A DNA stretch of 63,711 bases, the filler included, from Lenisia limosa (Eukaryota; Protista; Breviatea): NCBI GenBank assembly GCA_001655205.1. It is 13 parts of 13 records of this genome, joined end to end, with 100 filler letters (N's around TTAATTAATTAA, not from the genome) between each part and the next. Parts side by side here need not be neighbours in the genome. Positions count along the whole stretch, not along the records: positions 19,573 to 24,686 come from LPNZ01010494.1; positions 24,787 to 35,408 come from LPNZ01011498.1; positions 35,509 to 39,654 come from LPNZ01010738.1; 10 more parts are not named here. One strand, 5' to 3'. Position numbers and translations under genes: made by a program. This document shows, in pieces, positions 23,587 through 35,530 of the stretch. Numbering within the stretch: position 1 is the first letter of the stretch; every line of letters starts with the position of its first letter. The notes under the pieces are model-generated. The model made no database searches. It had not been told where the DNA came from and worked only from the letters and a program-made list of their open reading frames with translations.

Positions 23587-24579
23587 AATGACCGTNNNNN
23601 NNNNNNNNNNNNNNNNNNNNNNNNNNNCCTAGGCTCTCATCGCGACGTCCTCAATGATTTGCTGTGTAGCCACGCCCCAGCCGCACTCTCATTCTACCGC
23701 AAAAACTGCCAGGTTTGAGGGTAGAGATGTCTTAGTAACTGTCAGGGTCCTTGATCTTTAACAGTTGTCCCTTGTTGAATTCCTGACCATTTTAATATTA
23801 AATAAACAATTAGGATCGACTTTTGTGTTTCATATTAATTACCAAATACTTTACGGAATAATTCCCTCCCATCTAACTCCAAATATTTTAGGAGCCTGTC
23901 GTCACCACTGACCTGGCGCTTCTTCGGTCCCTGCTAAACCTCCTTGCATCCTTCCTGTCCCCCTTCATGCCCCAAGCTAATGCGATCGTCAGCGAAGAGC
24001 CACCCCAGGCCAAGGTGGGTCTCCACAATTCCCTACTCACTACGGCTCCGTTCAATTAATTTTTTGAAGATAATAATTGACAAAATTTGAAATTAAAGTG
24101 TCTGAAATAGGGTTCTTTTGTACAATACGTTCCACGACAAATATTTTATTTTCAAATATTTTTCCGGAGCCCGAACCCACCCATTCCATATCATATCCTC
24201 GTGTTCTCATGCTTCTTTAATCAGTTTCATTACAAATTGACTGAATTCTTATTCTTAGGTTGACGAATTTGGCGAAGAGCTTGAGCAGCTCTTCTTCTTT
24301 TCTTTGGTTGCGGGGGGGGGGGGNNNNNNNNNNNNNNNNNNNNNNNNNNNNNNNNNNNNNNNNNNNNNNNNNNNNNNNNNNNNNNNNNNNNNNNNNNNNN
24401 NATTTTCACATACTCTGGAGAGAATGGACTGGCCTGGGCTTTGTGTGTGTGTTTTGTTGCTTTGTCTTTAACCCTTATGTTTCATAAATAGTCCATTTTT
24501 ACGCCTTCCCCCCTCAGGTTTGGTCTGTCGGAGCTGCGTGTGATGCCGCCGGACGTAAGAAGTTTGACCAGTATATAAG
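19573..24579 (+). CDS. Axonemal inner-arm (single-headed, DNAH1-like) dynein heavy chain, AAA1-AAA2 region, partial at both ends
   Basis: [148 protein letters not shown]. Confidence 0.94.
19688..19780. mobile_element. TAGGGCTCCGTGCAATT MITE subfamily
   Basis: Shared with 3693, 24041-24174, 40638, 59451-59590 and 63354-63450; internal AAACTCAATTTCAGACAC. Confidence 0.75.
21118..21216. mobile_element. hAT-like MITE with 8-bp TSD
   Basis: TAAGGCTTCACTTCGG..CCGAAGTGAAGCCTAA flanked by GTTGTAGT / GTTGGAGT (7 of 8 identical). Confidence 0.88.
21929..21976 (+). mobile_element. Family B terminus (dynein intron)
   Basis: TACACCAATATCCTTCATTGAAATTTCCCTCGTTTTACCCCCCCCCCC then gap. Confidence 0.78.
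22305..22358 (+). mobile_element. Family A repeat, partial (dynein intron)
   Basis: CTGGCCTGGGCTTTG..TCAACCCTTGTGCCAACAGAGTTGA then gap. Confidence 0.8.
22569..22664. mobile_element. hAT-like MITE (CCCTACGG subfamily)
   Basis: AAGGGCTTCCCTGCGGTCC..GGACCGTCGGGAAGCTCTA. Confidence 0.8.
23423..23522. mobile_element. hAT-like MITE, degenerate
   Basis: GGCTTTACTTCGGTTTGAAAAAAAAGACTGAATTTCTCGATAAATCC. Confidence 0.72.
23531..23584. repeat. (CT)n microsatellite
   Basis: Direct reading. Confidence 0.95.
24041..24174. mobile_element. TAGGGCTCCGTGCAATT MITE subfamily
   Basis: TACGGCTCCG..CCGGAGCCCGA inverted termini. Confidence 0.72.
24427..24517 (+). mobile_element. Family A repeat ending at acceptor (dynein intron)
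   Basis: GACTGGCCTGGGCTTTG..GTTTCATAAAT..TTTTTACGCCTTCCCCCCTCAG|GTTTGG. Confidence 0.8.
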
Positions 24580-24686
24580 GTGGGCCGACCTCCATAGGAC
24601 TATAATAACTCCAAGCCCCCATAGTTTTTGACCTTTTTTTGTTGTTGTTTCATATATTTTTTCAATTTTGTATGCTGGAGTGATGA

Positions 24687-24786
24687 NNNNNNNNNNNNNN
24701 NNNNNNNNNNNNNNNNNNNNNNNNNNNNNNTTAATTAATTAANNNNNNNNNNNNNNNNNNNNNNNNNNNNNNNNNNNNNNNNNNNN
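24687..24786. other. Artificial contig linker
   Basis: 44N-TTAATTAATTAA-44N. Confidence 0.97.
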
Positions 24787-25495
24787 CACTTTAACTTTAT
24801 ATACTCATATATCATGTATATTTCACTATTACACCCGACCGAGGGTTGGAGCCGATCTTAGACGATCAACTCGTTTGTCAATTTGTTGTTTTGCAATTTT
24901 GCAATTGTTTTGTTGAGCTGTCGCGAGCTGTTGAACTGTTGTGCGGTTGATTCAACAACTGAAAGCACTGCGAAGAAGTGGGGATGTCTGAAACCCCCAT
25001 GTTTTTTTGCCATATTAATAAAAAAAATACATTGAAAAGAAAACAGAAATACAGCACTTAAAGTGTTATTATTATTACGTGTATTACAGATACAGAGTTT
25101 AATTGTCTTTCATCCTATTCACATATTTGAAAACTTCCCGTCACTGAGCTAGCGGTTCACCTGTCCTTTTAAATGCTAGGAAGGGTTGGTCTTTCAGTAA
25201 GACGCTCCCTGCCCATCGCTGGAAGGGTAGGTAACTTTTTTTTATAGGCAGGTCTTTGTTGAATCCTCTTTAAGGCCTCCTCTTTGTGCTTCTATTGCGT
25301 ACCATCTATCGCTATTCCTACTTTGCATTTACGATCCCCGGAAATAGAGTTTACTTTTTCAATGAAAAGGGATTGCCTCCCTTCTATCTATTCCCTAGCG
25401 TCCTCAATGTTATTTTAAGTAATTCTACTTGATAAATCATCCGTTCTCCCCTTAATCATGTTCCCTCGCCCTCGGTCCTCGTCTGATCCCTTTAG

Positions 25496-28400
25496 CTCCT
25501 CAGTAGAAGCTTCTCCTCAGCCGCTTCTGCCGTCGCTGCAGATGCTCCCTCTGTATGCCGGTGCTATGACAGGCACTAACATAACCTATAACTAAGAACC
25601 AGCATGTACTTCATTGTTTCCATTCTAACCACTTCAGCCCCAGAATGTCAGTTTGATGAAGAAGGTTGCCATTGCCAGTGGTTTGGCCGGCGCTGGATTC
25701 GGTATGCTATCTTGGCGTGTTTCTTTCATGAATAGAGGCGCTGGTATGGTTCCTTCCTCACCATCATCATCTTCTCTTTATGTTAATAATGCCGCAGCCA
25801 CCTCTCTCTACTTCTTCCGTGACCCTCCTGACACCTGCACGAACCTGAGTCCTCATTCTCTCAACTTTGACGATGCCCATCGCATCTACGAGTGGGGAGT
25901 GGTTTCCATTTTGGGGTGGAGTAGTTTGTTATAGTAGGTCTCTTTTGAAGTATTCACTGACACGAGTAAGCAAGCCAGATCTTACGATATAGCGGCAAAA
26001 TCACAGCCGAAGTCGCCCAGGCTGCAATCATCAACAGCATCACCTCTATCACTCCCCTCAACGCCCTTATCGGCCCCATCACGAACGCTCTCATGTTCAT
26101 GAGATGCCATCGCCCGGTAGGGGCTCATCACTTCTCCTTACCACCAGATTCACCTCTCTTAAATCTCTGTGTTATCTCTTCCTCAATTCTTCAATCATCT
26201 TCTGTTTCTCTTTATTCCACTCTTGCTGCTTTTGTAGCATTATTTCTCAGACGTTACGTATCGAAAAGCATTTATTTGGCTTCACCAGTGCTTTGCCAAC
26301 ATTCCCTCTTCATCTACCTGCCTGGCTACTCTCATTCTGTAGTTCTTCTTCCTCCTCAAGCACACCTTCTACTCTTACTACGTCGCGGGTTGGTGGGTGT
26401 ACAGCTAACATTGTTGGCGCCCTTCAACAATCAAGGTTACAACATGTGTATAGAAGTACAGCCTAATTGTTTTAATGACTTTTTTTTATTAGTATTCCGT
26501 TTTGGGATGACCTGTTGCTGGATCGGCTAGTTTGGACTTCTTCTTTTTTTTTTTTTTTTTTTTTTNNNNNNNNNNNNNNNNNNNNNNNNNNNNNNNNNNN
26601 NNNNNNNNNNNNNNNNNNNNNNNNNNNNNNNNNNNNNNNNNNNNNNNNNNNNNNNNNNNNNNNNNNNNNNNNNNNNNNNNNNNNNNNNNNNNNNNNNNNN
26701 NNNNNNNNNNNNNNNNNNNNNNNNNNNNNNNNNNNNNNNNNNNNNNNNNNNNNNNNNNNNNNNNNNNNNNNNNNNNNNNNNNNNNNNNNNNNNNNNNNNN
26801 NNNNNNNNNNNNNNNNNNNNNNNNNNNNNNNNNNNNNNNNNNNNNNNNNNNNNNNNNNNCCCATTCCCACGCCTTTTGTTTCCAGAAGATAGAATAAACT
26901 ACAGATAGAAAGAGATATCAAACATGTATGTGCTATGAGTATGACAGATAATGGGGGTACAGCAATCCACTTTAATACCGTAATCCAACAGGCTGAGTCT
27001 ACTTTGGACAGTGATGAGTTGGATAGAAACGCTATGAGAGTTGTCGACTCCATTGAATGCCCAATTAAAGGTTCGTTTACAAGGCTTCACCCAATCAAGG
27101 CCAGAGCAACCAACATAAATAAACTGGTGAAATATTTTTGTGTTTTTTTTTGTAAAAAAAAAGGGGGGGGGGTTGCCAATCTGTTGTATTTTCAATAAAG
27201 TTGTTATTTTGTTTTGTCACACAGCTCCTTTTACCCCCACGGCAAACTTTGTCTAGTTTTAGCNNNNNNNNNNNNNNNNNNNNNNNNNNNNNNNNNNNNN
27301 NNNNNNNNNNNNNNNNNNNNNNNNNNNNNNNNNNNNNNNNNNNNNNNNNNNNNNNNNNNNNNNNNNNNNNNNNNNNNNNNNNNNNNNNNNNNNNNNNNNN
27401 NNNNNNNNNNNNNNNNNNNNNNNNNNNNNNNNNNNNNNNNNNNNNNNNNNNNNNNNNNNNNNNNNNNNNNNNNNNTCATTCAGCCCGCTGTTCTCAAGAA
27501 ACTCACCACTTTCCTCAAGTGAGGGGTGAAAAGACAGATATGCCATGAGAGATGGGCTTCTATGTTTTCGATTGGGTTGATTTATGTTATTTCTTGTTCC
27601 ATAAATTTTCTGTTTATTTGACCCCCCCCCCTCCGAGTNNNNNNNNNNNNNNNNNNNNNNNNNNNNNNNNNNNNNNNNNNNNNNNNNNNNNNNNNNNNNN
27701 NNNNNNNNNNNNNNNNNNNNNNNNNNNNNNNNNNNNNNNNNNNNNNNNNNNNNNNNNNNNNNNNNNNNNNNNNNNNNNNNNNNNNNNNNNNNNNNNNNNN
27801 NNNNNNNNNNNNNNNNNNNNNNNNNNNNNNNNNNNNNNNNNNNNNNNNNNNNNNNNNNNNNNNNNNNNNNNNNNNNNNNNNNNNNNNNNNNNNNNNNNNN
27901 NNNNNNNNNNNNNNNNNNNNNNNNNNNNNNNNNNNNNNNNNNNNNNNNNNNNNNNNNNNNNNNNNNNNNNNNNNNNNNNNNNNNNNNNNAAATCGACTCC
28001 GAGGTGTTCAACGGGTTCAGCGAGCAAGAGACTGAACAACTGCATAGAGTGGGCGTGCAGGAGGCTGAATGGCTGTATACGCTGTTTAGGGGGGAACACC
28101 CATCCGTAGTGTTCAAACATATGCTATGATATAGTATATACTAGTATATATGCATATAGTATAGTATATATTATATTATATGATATTGCCATTTTCCCGT
28201 TTCAGTCTCTGGAATTGGACCATGAATGTATTCCCATCTGCATCCTGATGACACTAATAACCGTAGTTCTTTGTCCGCTGCCGTATCATTGCCGATGCTG
28301 CCCATAAGCACCAGGTACGAACGGCGTTTGTTTTGGTGCTTATTTGGTTGTTTTTTTTTTCTTTTTTTTTTCTTGCCTTTTAGTTGCTACGCTGAGCTTG

Positions 28401-30874
28401 CCAGTTTTAATACTCATTATTCATCATAAGTTGCTTTTTGTTTTCTAGCCTGTGCTTTGTTTTGTTCTTATAACAAGCACATCACCTTGCTTTAATCTTT
28501 AGGTTCGAGTTCTATTCGACGCTGAGCACTTTAACATGCAGATTGCCTGTAATTACCTCTTCAGAGTACNNNNNNNNNNNNNNNNNNNNNNNNNNNNNNN
28601 NNNNNNNNNNNNNNNNNNNNNNNNNNNNNNNNNNNNNNNNNTTTGCGTGACCCTATTTGCTAATATTATAAGAATATTATCTTGGCTCACATATCAGGTT
28701 CTTTCCCGTGAATACAACAAGGCTGAACCCACCTTCTACAACACCTACCAGTTGTACCTGAAGGTATGGCGAGGGCTAACCTAACCCTTGGGAACACAAC
28801 TTTTATCCTTTTTTTTTCTGCCCACTTTCAAACATCTCTTTACTTTTTCGTTCCTTTTTTTTCTTTATTTTTGTTCATCGTCTTCCTCTCAACCCTCTTA
28901 CTCCAAAGGACGGCCTGGACTGGCTGAAGAGGGACCACGAGGCTGCCAAAAAAGCAGGAGTCGCNNNNNNNNNNNNNNNNNNNNNNNNNNNNNNNNNNNN
29001 NNNNNNNNNNNNNNNNNNNNNNNNNNNNNNNNNNNNNNNNNNNNNNNNNNNNNNNNNNNNNNNNTTTGTGTAGATCCCTGATTCAATACTCCATGCTCTT
29101 ATTTACCCAGGCCAAACTCGTCCGTGGAGCATACTACAAGCAAGAAACCGAGCTTGCTGCCAAGAAAAACTGTTTGCCTAGGGTTCTACACTTCTCAGTT
29201 GTCTTTTTGAATCAATTTTCATGTCAAAAGACCAGAATGTAGTTCTTTTATGAGATAGGACGAGTGGAAGTGAAGTCTAACATAGTATTTATCTGTAATT
29301 TGTCTCACGGTTTTAGACCCTTGCCCTGTTTTTGACGGAATCGAAAAGACAAATGCCTCATATAATGAAGGTTCGAGCCGTGGTAATGTTACGCAGATGG
29401 AAACGGGATTGGTTTTTCTGTACTTTGTATTATTTTCTGGTTTTTTTATTTTAGCTGCCTGCCTACACGATTATGTTTACCTATAAGAAAACTCCGATTT
29501 TTTTCCCTGGGAGTGGTTTTTTGCTTCTTNNNNNNNNNNNNNNNNNNNNNNNNNNNNNNNNNNNNNNNNNNNNNNNNNNNNNNNNNNNNNNNNNNNNNNN
29601 NNNNNNNNNNNNNNNNNNNNNNNNGGAAAAGTTTTTTCTTTAAATTCTCATTTAACGTCAGGAGTCAAGTTCTTGCTTGAGAACATCAAGAAGACCTTCG
29701 TCATTGTTGCGTCACATAACAGAGGTTGGAAAGGGCAGAAGAAGCTGTTTTGGGACCAGTGTAACAATCCCTTCCCTTCCCTTCCTATTGCTTGGGATTC
29801 TCTTACAACCCAGAGTCGTGCGTGCTTGCCACCGACATCATGAAGCAGAAGAAGATAGCGAATGACGACCTTCACGTCTATTTTGGCCAGCTGATGGGCA
29901 TGAGCGACTCTGTCACTGAGGCCCTTTCCGACAGGGGCTACAATGTTGTCAAGGTGGGCGGGGGTAACGTTATCATTAATACTTCTCATTTTCAAATTAG
30001 TGTATGCTGGGGAGGCACGTTGAAAGCGATGCACAGAGTTGTAATTGGGTACATTAAAATATGATTCAATAATCCAATATCTCGTTTAAGCGTGATGTTG
30101 TGGACGGCTTCAGCCAGATATAACCTTGTTTTTATTTCTCATCCCTACATAGTCCCGTTCTATTTCTGCATATTCTTGGTATCCTTAACATGTTGACGGC
30201 TTCAAGGATGCCTTCTAACACTGCAGCTTCTGCCCTACGGCCCCCTCAACACCGTCATGCCTTACCTCCTGAGACGCCTAGACGAAAACAGGGAAATGCT
30301 CACCAAGGCCGTGTATGTGGGACAGTGTACAATTCTGAAAACTTATGTGCCTCAGATTTCTTGCGAATTGAATTGTTTATTATGGGTTTTTTGTTTCATG
30401 AAATCCCATTTCACCTTTATGCCAATATTCTTCGTTGAAATTTCCTTGTACGCTGGGGCTTTGCTTGTTTTGTTATCAACCTCGTGTGTTGTCAGCCAAC
30501 AGAGTTGNNNNNNNNNNNNNNNNNNNNNNNNNNNNNNNNNNNNNNNNNNNNNNNNNNNNNNNNNNNNNNNNNNNNNNNNNNNNNNNNNNNNNNNNNNNNN
30601 NNNNNNNNNNNNNNNATTTGGCCCATTGGAAAAAGGACGACTACACCCGTCTCTACCACTCGGTATGAGGGGCGCTGATTGGGGGCTTATCGACATACCA
30701 TTGATTTTGACGTGGTATATCCCTTTGTCCTTTATTATACTCTGACGTAGTAATTATGGCGTTTTGAGAATTGAAGAGTGAACTGTTTTTTTTTAATCAC
30801 AAAACTGTGTTACCCTTACCCCCCAGGTTCAAGACAAAATCAACCAGTGGAGGGAGTCCAGGGCTTCAAAGTAA
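25496..30874 (+). CDS. PRODH: Proline dehydrogenase (mitochondrial-type); start exon not located
   Basis: Transit-peptide-like LLSRSFSSAASAVAADAPS; LKHTFYSYYVAG; VRVLFDAEHFNMQIACNYLFR; PTFYNTYQLYLKD; AKLVRGAYYKQE; VIVASHN; VYFGQLMGMSD; LPYGPLNTVMPYLLRRLDEN; last exon VQDKINQWRESRASK* (30827-30874). Confidence 0.93.
30418..30507 (+). mobile_element. Family B fragment joined to family A repeat (PRODH intron)
   Basis: TATGCCAATATTCTTCGTTGAAATTTCC then CTGGGGCTTTG..TCAACCTCGTGTG..AGCCAACAGAGTTG then gap. Confidence 0.8.
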
Positions 30875-31232
30875 TTAGTTTAGAAAGAGTGTGTCGTTTG
30901 TAATGTATGGCTGTGAATGAGAAACTACATGAGCTTGCAGTTTGGCACTCATATATATCTAACGAATATATGCATATACCTCCTAGCTCAATGACTCAAC
31001 GTGTGCATTTAAAGTTGCATACTTGTTAAGTATGAGTACAACAGGAGCAAGTGACAGACAAACCACAGAGTTGCAAAGTGCCATAGTGCTATTTGTTGCA
31101 GCGAGGTGCAGCCAAGCAACATACCCCAAGCCGAGGTGTGCCAAACCCGCCCTGCAGGAGCTATGCGGGAATTATGCCCGGCGTCCCAGCGGTGTCCGGG
31201 AATTCATAATTTAAAAGTTGGCAAGCATAACC

Positions 31233-34200
31233 ATGACTGTTGTTAATCAACACTTACTAACACCATCATCTGATGATATGACCTTAAAACTGGCCCTTGA
31301 AAAGGCTGTAGCAGAACAAGCGAAACAAGCGCAAACCCAGAGCCTATCTTCTCTAATTGTAAGTTGCCGCGTTGTCTCTTCTTTTTTTTCTTGTATTCTT
31401 GCCTGTGCACTTGGAATGATTGAGTATATTTCCCTCCTTAGGTAGAGGAAGAAACGTTACCCCTTATCATCCGCCCCCAGGCTTCCCTCTCATGCGTATT
31501 CATCTCAAAAACTGTAGAGAGAAACCATTCGGAAGTGTTTTTCAAGCTATTCAGGCTTTACCGTGTACTTTGATGTAGGTGTGGGGGCAATTCAAGGAAT
31601 GCACTTCTCTCAGGAATTTGCTGATGGATTTATGGATGCTGAGATTGATTGATCATACTATCAACCATATCTGTCACTACCTGAATGCGGAGTTGACTTT
31701 CATATCTGTCACTACCTGAATGCGGAGTTGACTTTCAGGGGGTCATTCCTGTGAAGCCATCAGAGGACAGTCCCCATGCCACACACACCCGTCCCTATGC
31801 TATTGTCACCGATTCTCATAATAGTATGCTGTCCCTAGCAGTAAACTCTTTTTGGTTGCATTTTGTCATCCCAGTTTTATCATGAGATTCACTCATTCCA
31901 CAGCCACACTCCTTTTGTTCCAGCCATGCTTTTGATTTTATCTTCTTTAGAGAAACATACACTGTTTGATGTTCATATCCAAGAGGGAGACCCGGTTAGA
32001 GGACCTATTATGGAAAAATTCACATTCAACAATTATCAAGTTCTACTCTCTTTTTGGTAGCAATTTTGACAGTACAGTGTTACTTATGTATGTTTATAAC
32101 CTAATAGATGACTGAAGATGCAAACCTCAATGACATTATGTTTTGTACTCAAATCGAACTCCAAAACCCTGCTTTCAAAACAGAGACAAAACTGGTGAGT
32201 TGTACGATGTCCATTCTTGAGTTAGTTAGCCTTCACAGTAATCCAAAAATGACAGCAAAAATTTTAACCATGCTTTCTTTTAGGACCATTTGGTGCTGTA
32301 TAAAACCCACCTGAAAGCCATGACGAACGAATTGGATAAAAAGGCAAAGGTATGTCTTCTTTTTTATTTTTATTCTTTTCGATGATCAAGATAATTAATT
32401 CCACTAGGCAGCTGTTGAAGCCCGTAGGTATTCTAACGTTGAACACGAAGCCAACTGTGCAATCAACCACCTAAAAGAGAAGGTAGCAATGAGATAACTT
32501 CCCCTTTTGTCATTCAATGATATTTTCTGATTTTATTAATCTTCTGATGCTCAGTAATTCACTATGATTTTGTCTTATCTCTAATTCCCGGTTTTTTAAT
32601 AATAGAACTTCCAGAACCAGTGTTTTTGACAATTCAGGTCGGCAATGTGCAACACACTATTATTTCAAATTCTGATTGCTTATTTACTCAGTCATGGGTA
32701 GGACGGAGAACGCGCTTTTGTGGACAACGCTGTTTCTCACCTTGATTTCTCACCAATTCCAGCCCATTGATACTGAGGCGATTATAATTGTCAAACCTGC
32801 ATATGCACTGAGAAGCAACAGTCTTCTCAAACAGGTTCCCCGTATTCTTTCGTCAAAGGTCCTGGTAGGCTGGTTCTATAGCCGCTAAATGCAAGTAACA
32901 TATTGGCTATATGTTTATATGATTTGTGGAAATGACTTTTTTGGGGAGTCAAAGTGAAGCTTTTCTTTTTTGCATATATTTCTTATTTTTAGCCTCATAT
33001 TGAGCAAATGGAGAAGCCGAGAGACGCTGATGAACATGAAAGTGAAGAAGGTATGTGTGAACCCTTGGGGTGGGGTATTTTTAGGTGCAGATGTGATATT
33101 GAAACTGTATCAATGTAGCCCTCTATGCCCAGAAACTAGTATCATATACTACTATTAAAGTGAAGTAATTAGTACTCAAATCAGTCTATTTTGCATTCTA
33201 ATTTCTTAGATTTGTCCGAAACAGAGTTCACTGAAGTTGAAGAGTTTATACCCACAAACATCTTTGAGGTGTGTAAATATATTGTAGCATACATTTAGTC
33301 TCATCTCCAATATGTGTAATAAATGAACATCGTTTGATATATCACATTACCATAATTATTATACTATTGATATCTGCGCTCTATCAGTGCTACCATATCA
33401 CTTTTTGGTCTTAATGATACTCTGAAACAGTCGGGATGAATTCTCTTGTTATTTTTTCATCATTTCGACTCAAAAGTCGGTCATATGATAATATCATTAG
33501 TGGATAAGGGTCAAAATATATTTATTTGCATCATTAAAGTGCATAATTTTCATTATTGACTGGATATACCGTAGCCCAACGAAGGTCAAAGAAAGGTTAT
33601 TGATCATGGGATCACACCCATCTTCCTCAGTGCTGCACCAGGATCGGGTGAGAAGGGGAGAGCGGTCTAACAAAACAGCTATTATGAAGACTTTTGTGTT
33701 TATTAGCTGCGAGAGATCAGAATAATCTTTCATTTATCATGTAAAACATAGGGTTTCAATTGGAGAGGAGTTTCATTGGGAACAATTGACAGAGTAGGCA
33801 AAACAGCAACTCTTGTACGGAGAGTATGTTTCATGCTGACAAGAGAAAAAATCAATCCTGAAAAAATCATTTGTTTGACATTTTCCAACAAAGCCGTAAG
33901 GGGGGGGGGGTGATTGATTATTCCAATTTGCATATAGAATATCAGAGCAGAGTAGAATCATAACAAGAATTTTTGTAGCTGTAATACTTCATTCACTTAT
34001 GTGTTAATTGACCCACTCGTGTTATCATTGTTCATCAAAAGTCGATTAGATAACTGGTGAATATGGGCCAATATTTTCAATACTATGATATCAAAATAGC
34101 TACATATGTATAAATGGCATTCTCCAAATGAAAAGTTCGAATGGTTTTTGGAATGCAACCATTACTTCAACGTTGGATTATAGTTTAGGCTGAGGAAATG

Positions 34201-34749
34201 AAAATGCGACTGACACAAGCTACTGAAGCCACTGAAAAGGTATGTTTTGTCACTGTTACGCTTTTTTATCTGATCATCAATTTGTCCGTCCACAACTTTC
34301 AAATAATATTTGATTCATCCATATCATATTGTCACTGAAAACTTAGGTTGAAGTCAAAACATTTCATGCTTTTGCTCTCAGCTATCTTCGAGAAAACAGT
34401 GCTAAGCTCAATGAAGTATCTGACAACATGTGTTGGTGATGTCTCATACTCAAACCATTACCTTTTTTTCCTATCTACAATCCTGGGCCCCATGTCTGGG
34501 AGTTAAATTTAATTTATGAAAATTATATCATATATTAATAATAATACATGATATGCATAGATCATAGAGATGAGAAATAGGAAGTATCTTCCACACCATC
34601 ACGCTGAGAGGAGATATTGTCATTTTACTTTCTCAACCGGTGTGTATCTGCCATTCTTAATGAAATAGTCAACGAAGGTATCAATTTGCTTTCGGCTGAA
34701 GAGGCAGAACTACTCTTGAAGATAGCTACACACGGAGAACTGACAAAAA
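31233..34749 (+). CDS. UvrD/PcrA/Srs2-like SF1 helicase with N-terminal extension, 3' truncated
   Basis: Spliced PNEGQRKVID..FLSAAPGSGKTATLVRRVCFMLTREKINPEKIICLTFSNKAAEEMKMRL..VEVKTFHAFAL (Q motif, motifs I, Ia, Ib; 33575-34430). Upstream exons 31233-33270 assigned with lower confidence. Confidence 0.8.
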
Positions 34750-34974
34750 GTATGCTTCATTATGGTGTTTACATCATCACATCTTAATAATCAGATTTAT
34801 GATAAGGGTGGTCGTCCAAAAAAACCCTAATTTTTGACCCCCNNNNNNNNNNNNNNNNNNNNNNNNNNNNNNNNNNNNNNNNNNNNNNNNNNNNNNNNNN
34901 NNNNNNNNNNNNNNAAGTTAAATGACAGGTTTTTGAAATCATTCCAAAAATAAAATGCAGTGTTTTTTATAAAT

Positions 34975-35345
34975 TATTATAGAGGTTGCGAAAAAGCAAA
35001 GTTTTTTTTTGGAAAGTTTCTGGCTGTTTTTGGAGTTTAGGTTATGCGAAGATTTCCTCCCCAACTCTGCAACTTTGGACCATTTATACGATACAAGATG
35101 AGAATTAATTTTCCACTAAAATCTTGTATGTAAGAAGAGGAGAGTATAGATATTTTGACAGAGGAAGAACACCTGTTTTTACTGCTTCTAAATCCTCTTA
35201 TTGTAATATTCTAATGTCAATGACAATGTTTTTGCTGAAGAAAGAGACTGCTGCCTTGTAAAAAAAACTCAACTCTAAGACATCCGAGGAGGAGAAAGTT
35301 GCCAAAATAACTTGTCAAAATCAGCTTTTCAGTGACTTTCCTTCC
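34975..35345. repeat. Interspersed repeat (family F)
   Basis: Collinear with 45755-46310 (GCGAAGATTTCCTCCCCAA, GATACAAGATGAGAATTAATTTTCC, AATATTCTAATGTCAATGAC, GAAAGAGACTGCTGC). Confidence 0.8.
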
Positions 35346-35408
35346 CTGCAGACCCCATGACCCATACTGGTGTTCCCCCCCTCCATTGAGTGATGGGATG
35401 CGGTGCTG

Positions 35409-35508
35409 NNNNNNNNNNNNNNNNNNNNNNNNNNNNNNNNNNNNNNNNNNNNTTAATTAATTAANNNNNNNNNNNNNNNNNNNNNNNNNNNNNNNNNNNN
35501 NNNNNNNN
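35409..35508. other. Artificial contig linker
   Basis: 44N-TTAATTAATTAA-44N. Confidence 0.97.
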
Positions 35509-35530
35509 AGGATGACAGAACTGTACCCCC

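Noticed and set aside
3976-24579. Dynein gene cluster or flagellar operon
   Set aside because: The two dynein heavy chains are on different scaffolds joined by linkers.
25100-25460. Minus-strand gene divergent from PRODH
   Set aside because: One plausible exon (RWAGSVLLKDQPFLAFKRT), but I could not find a phase-consistent chain.
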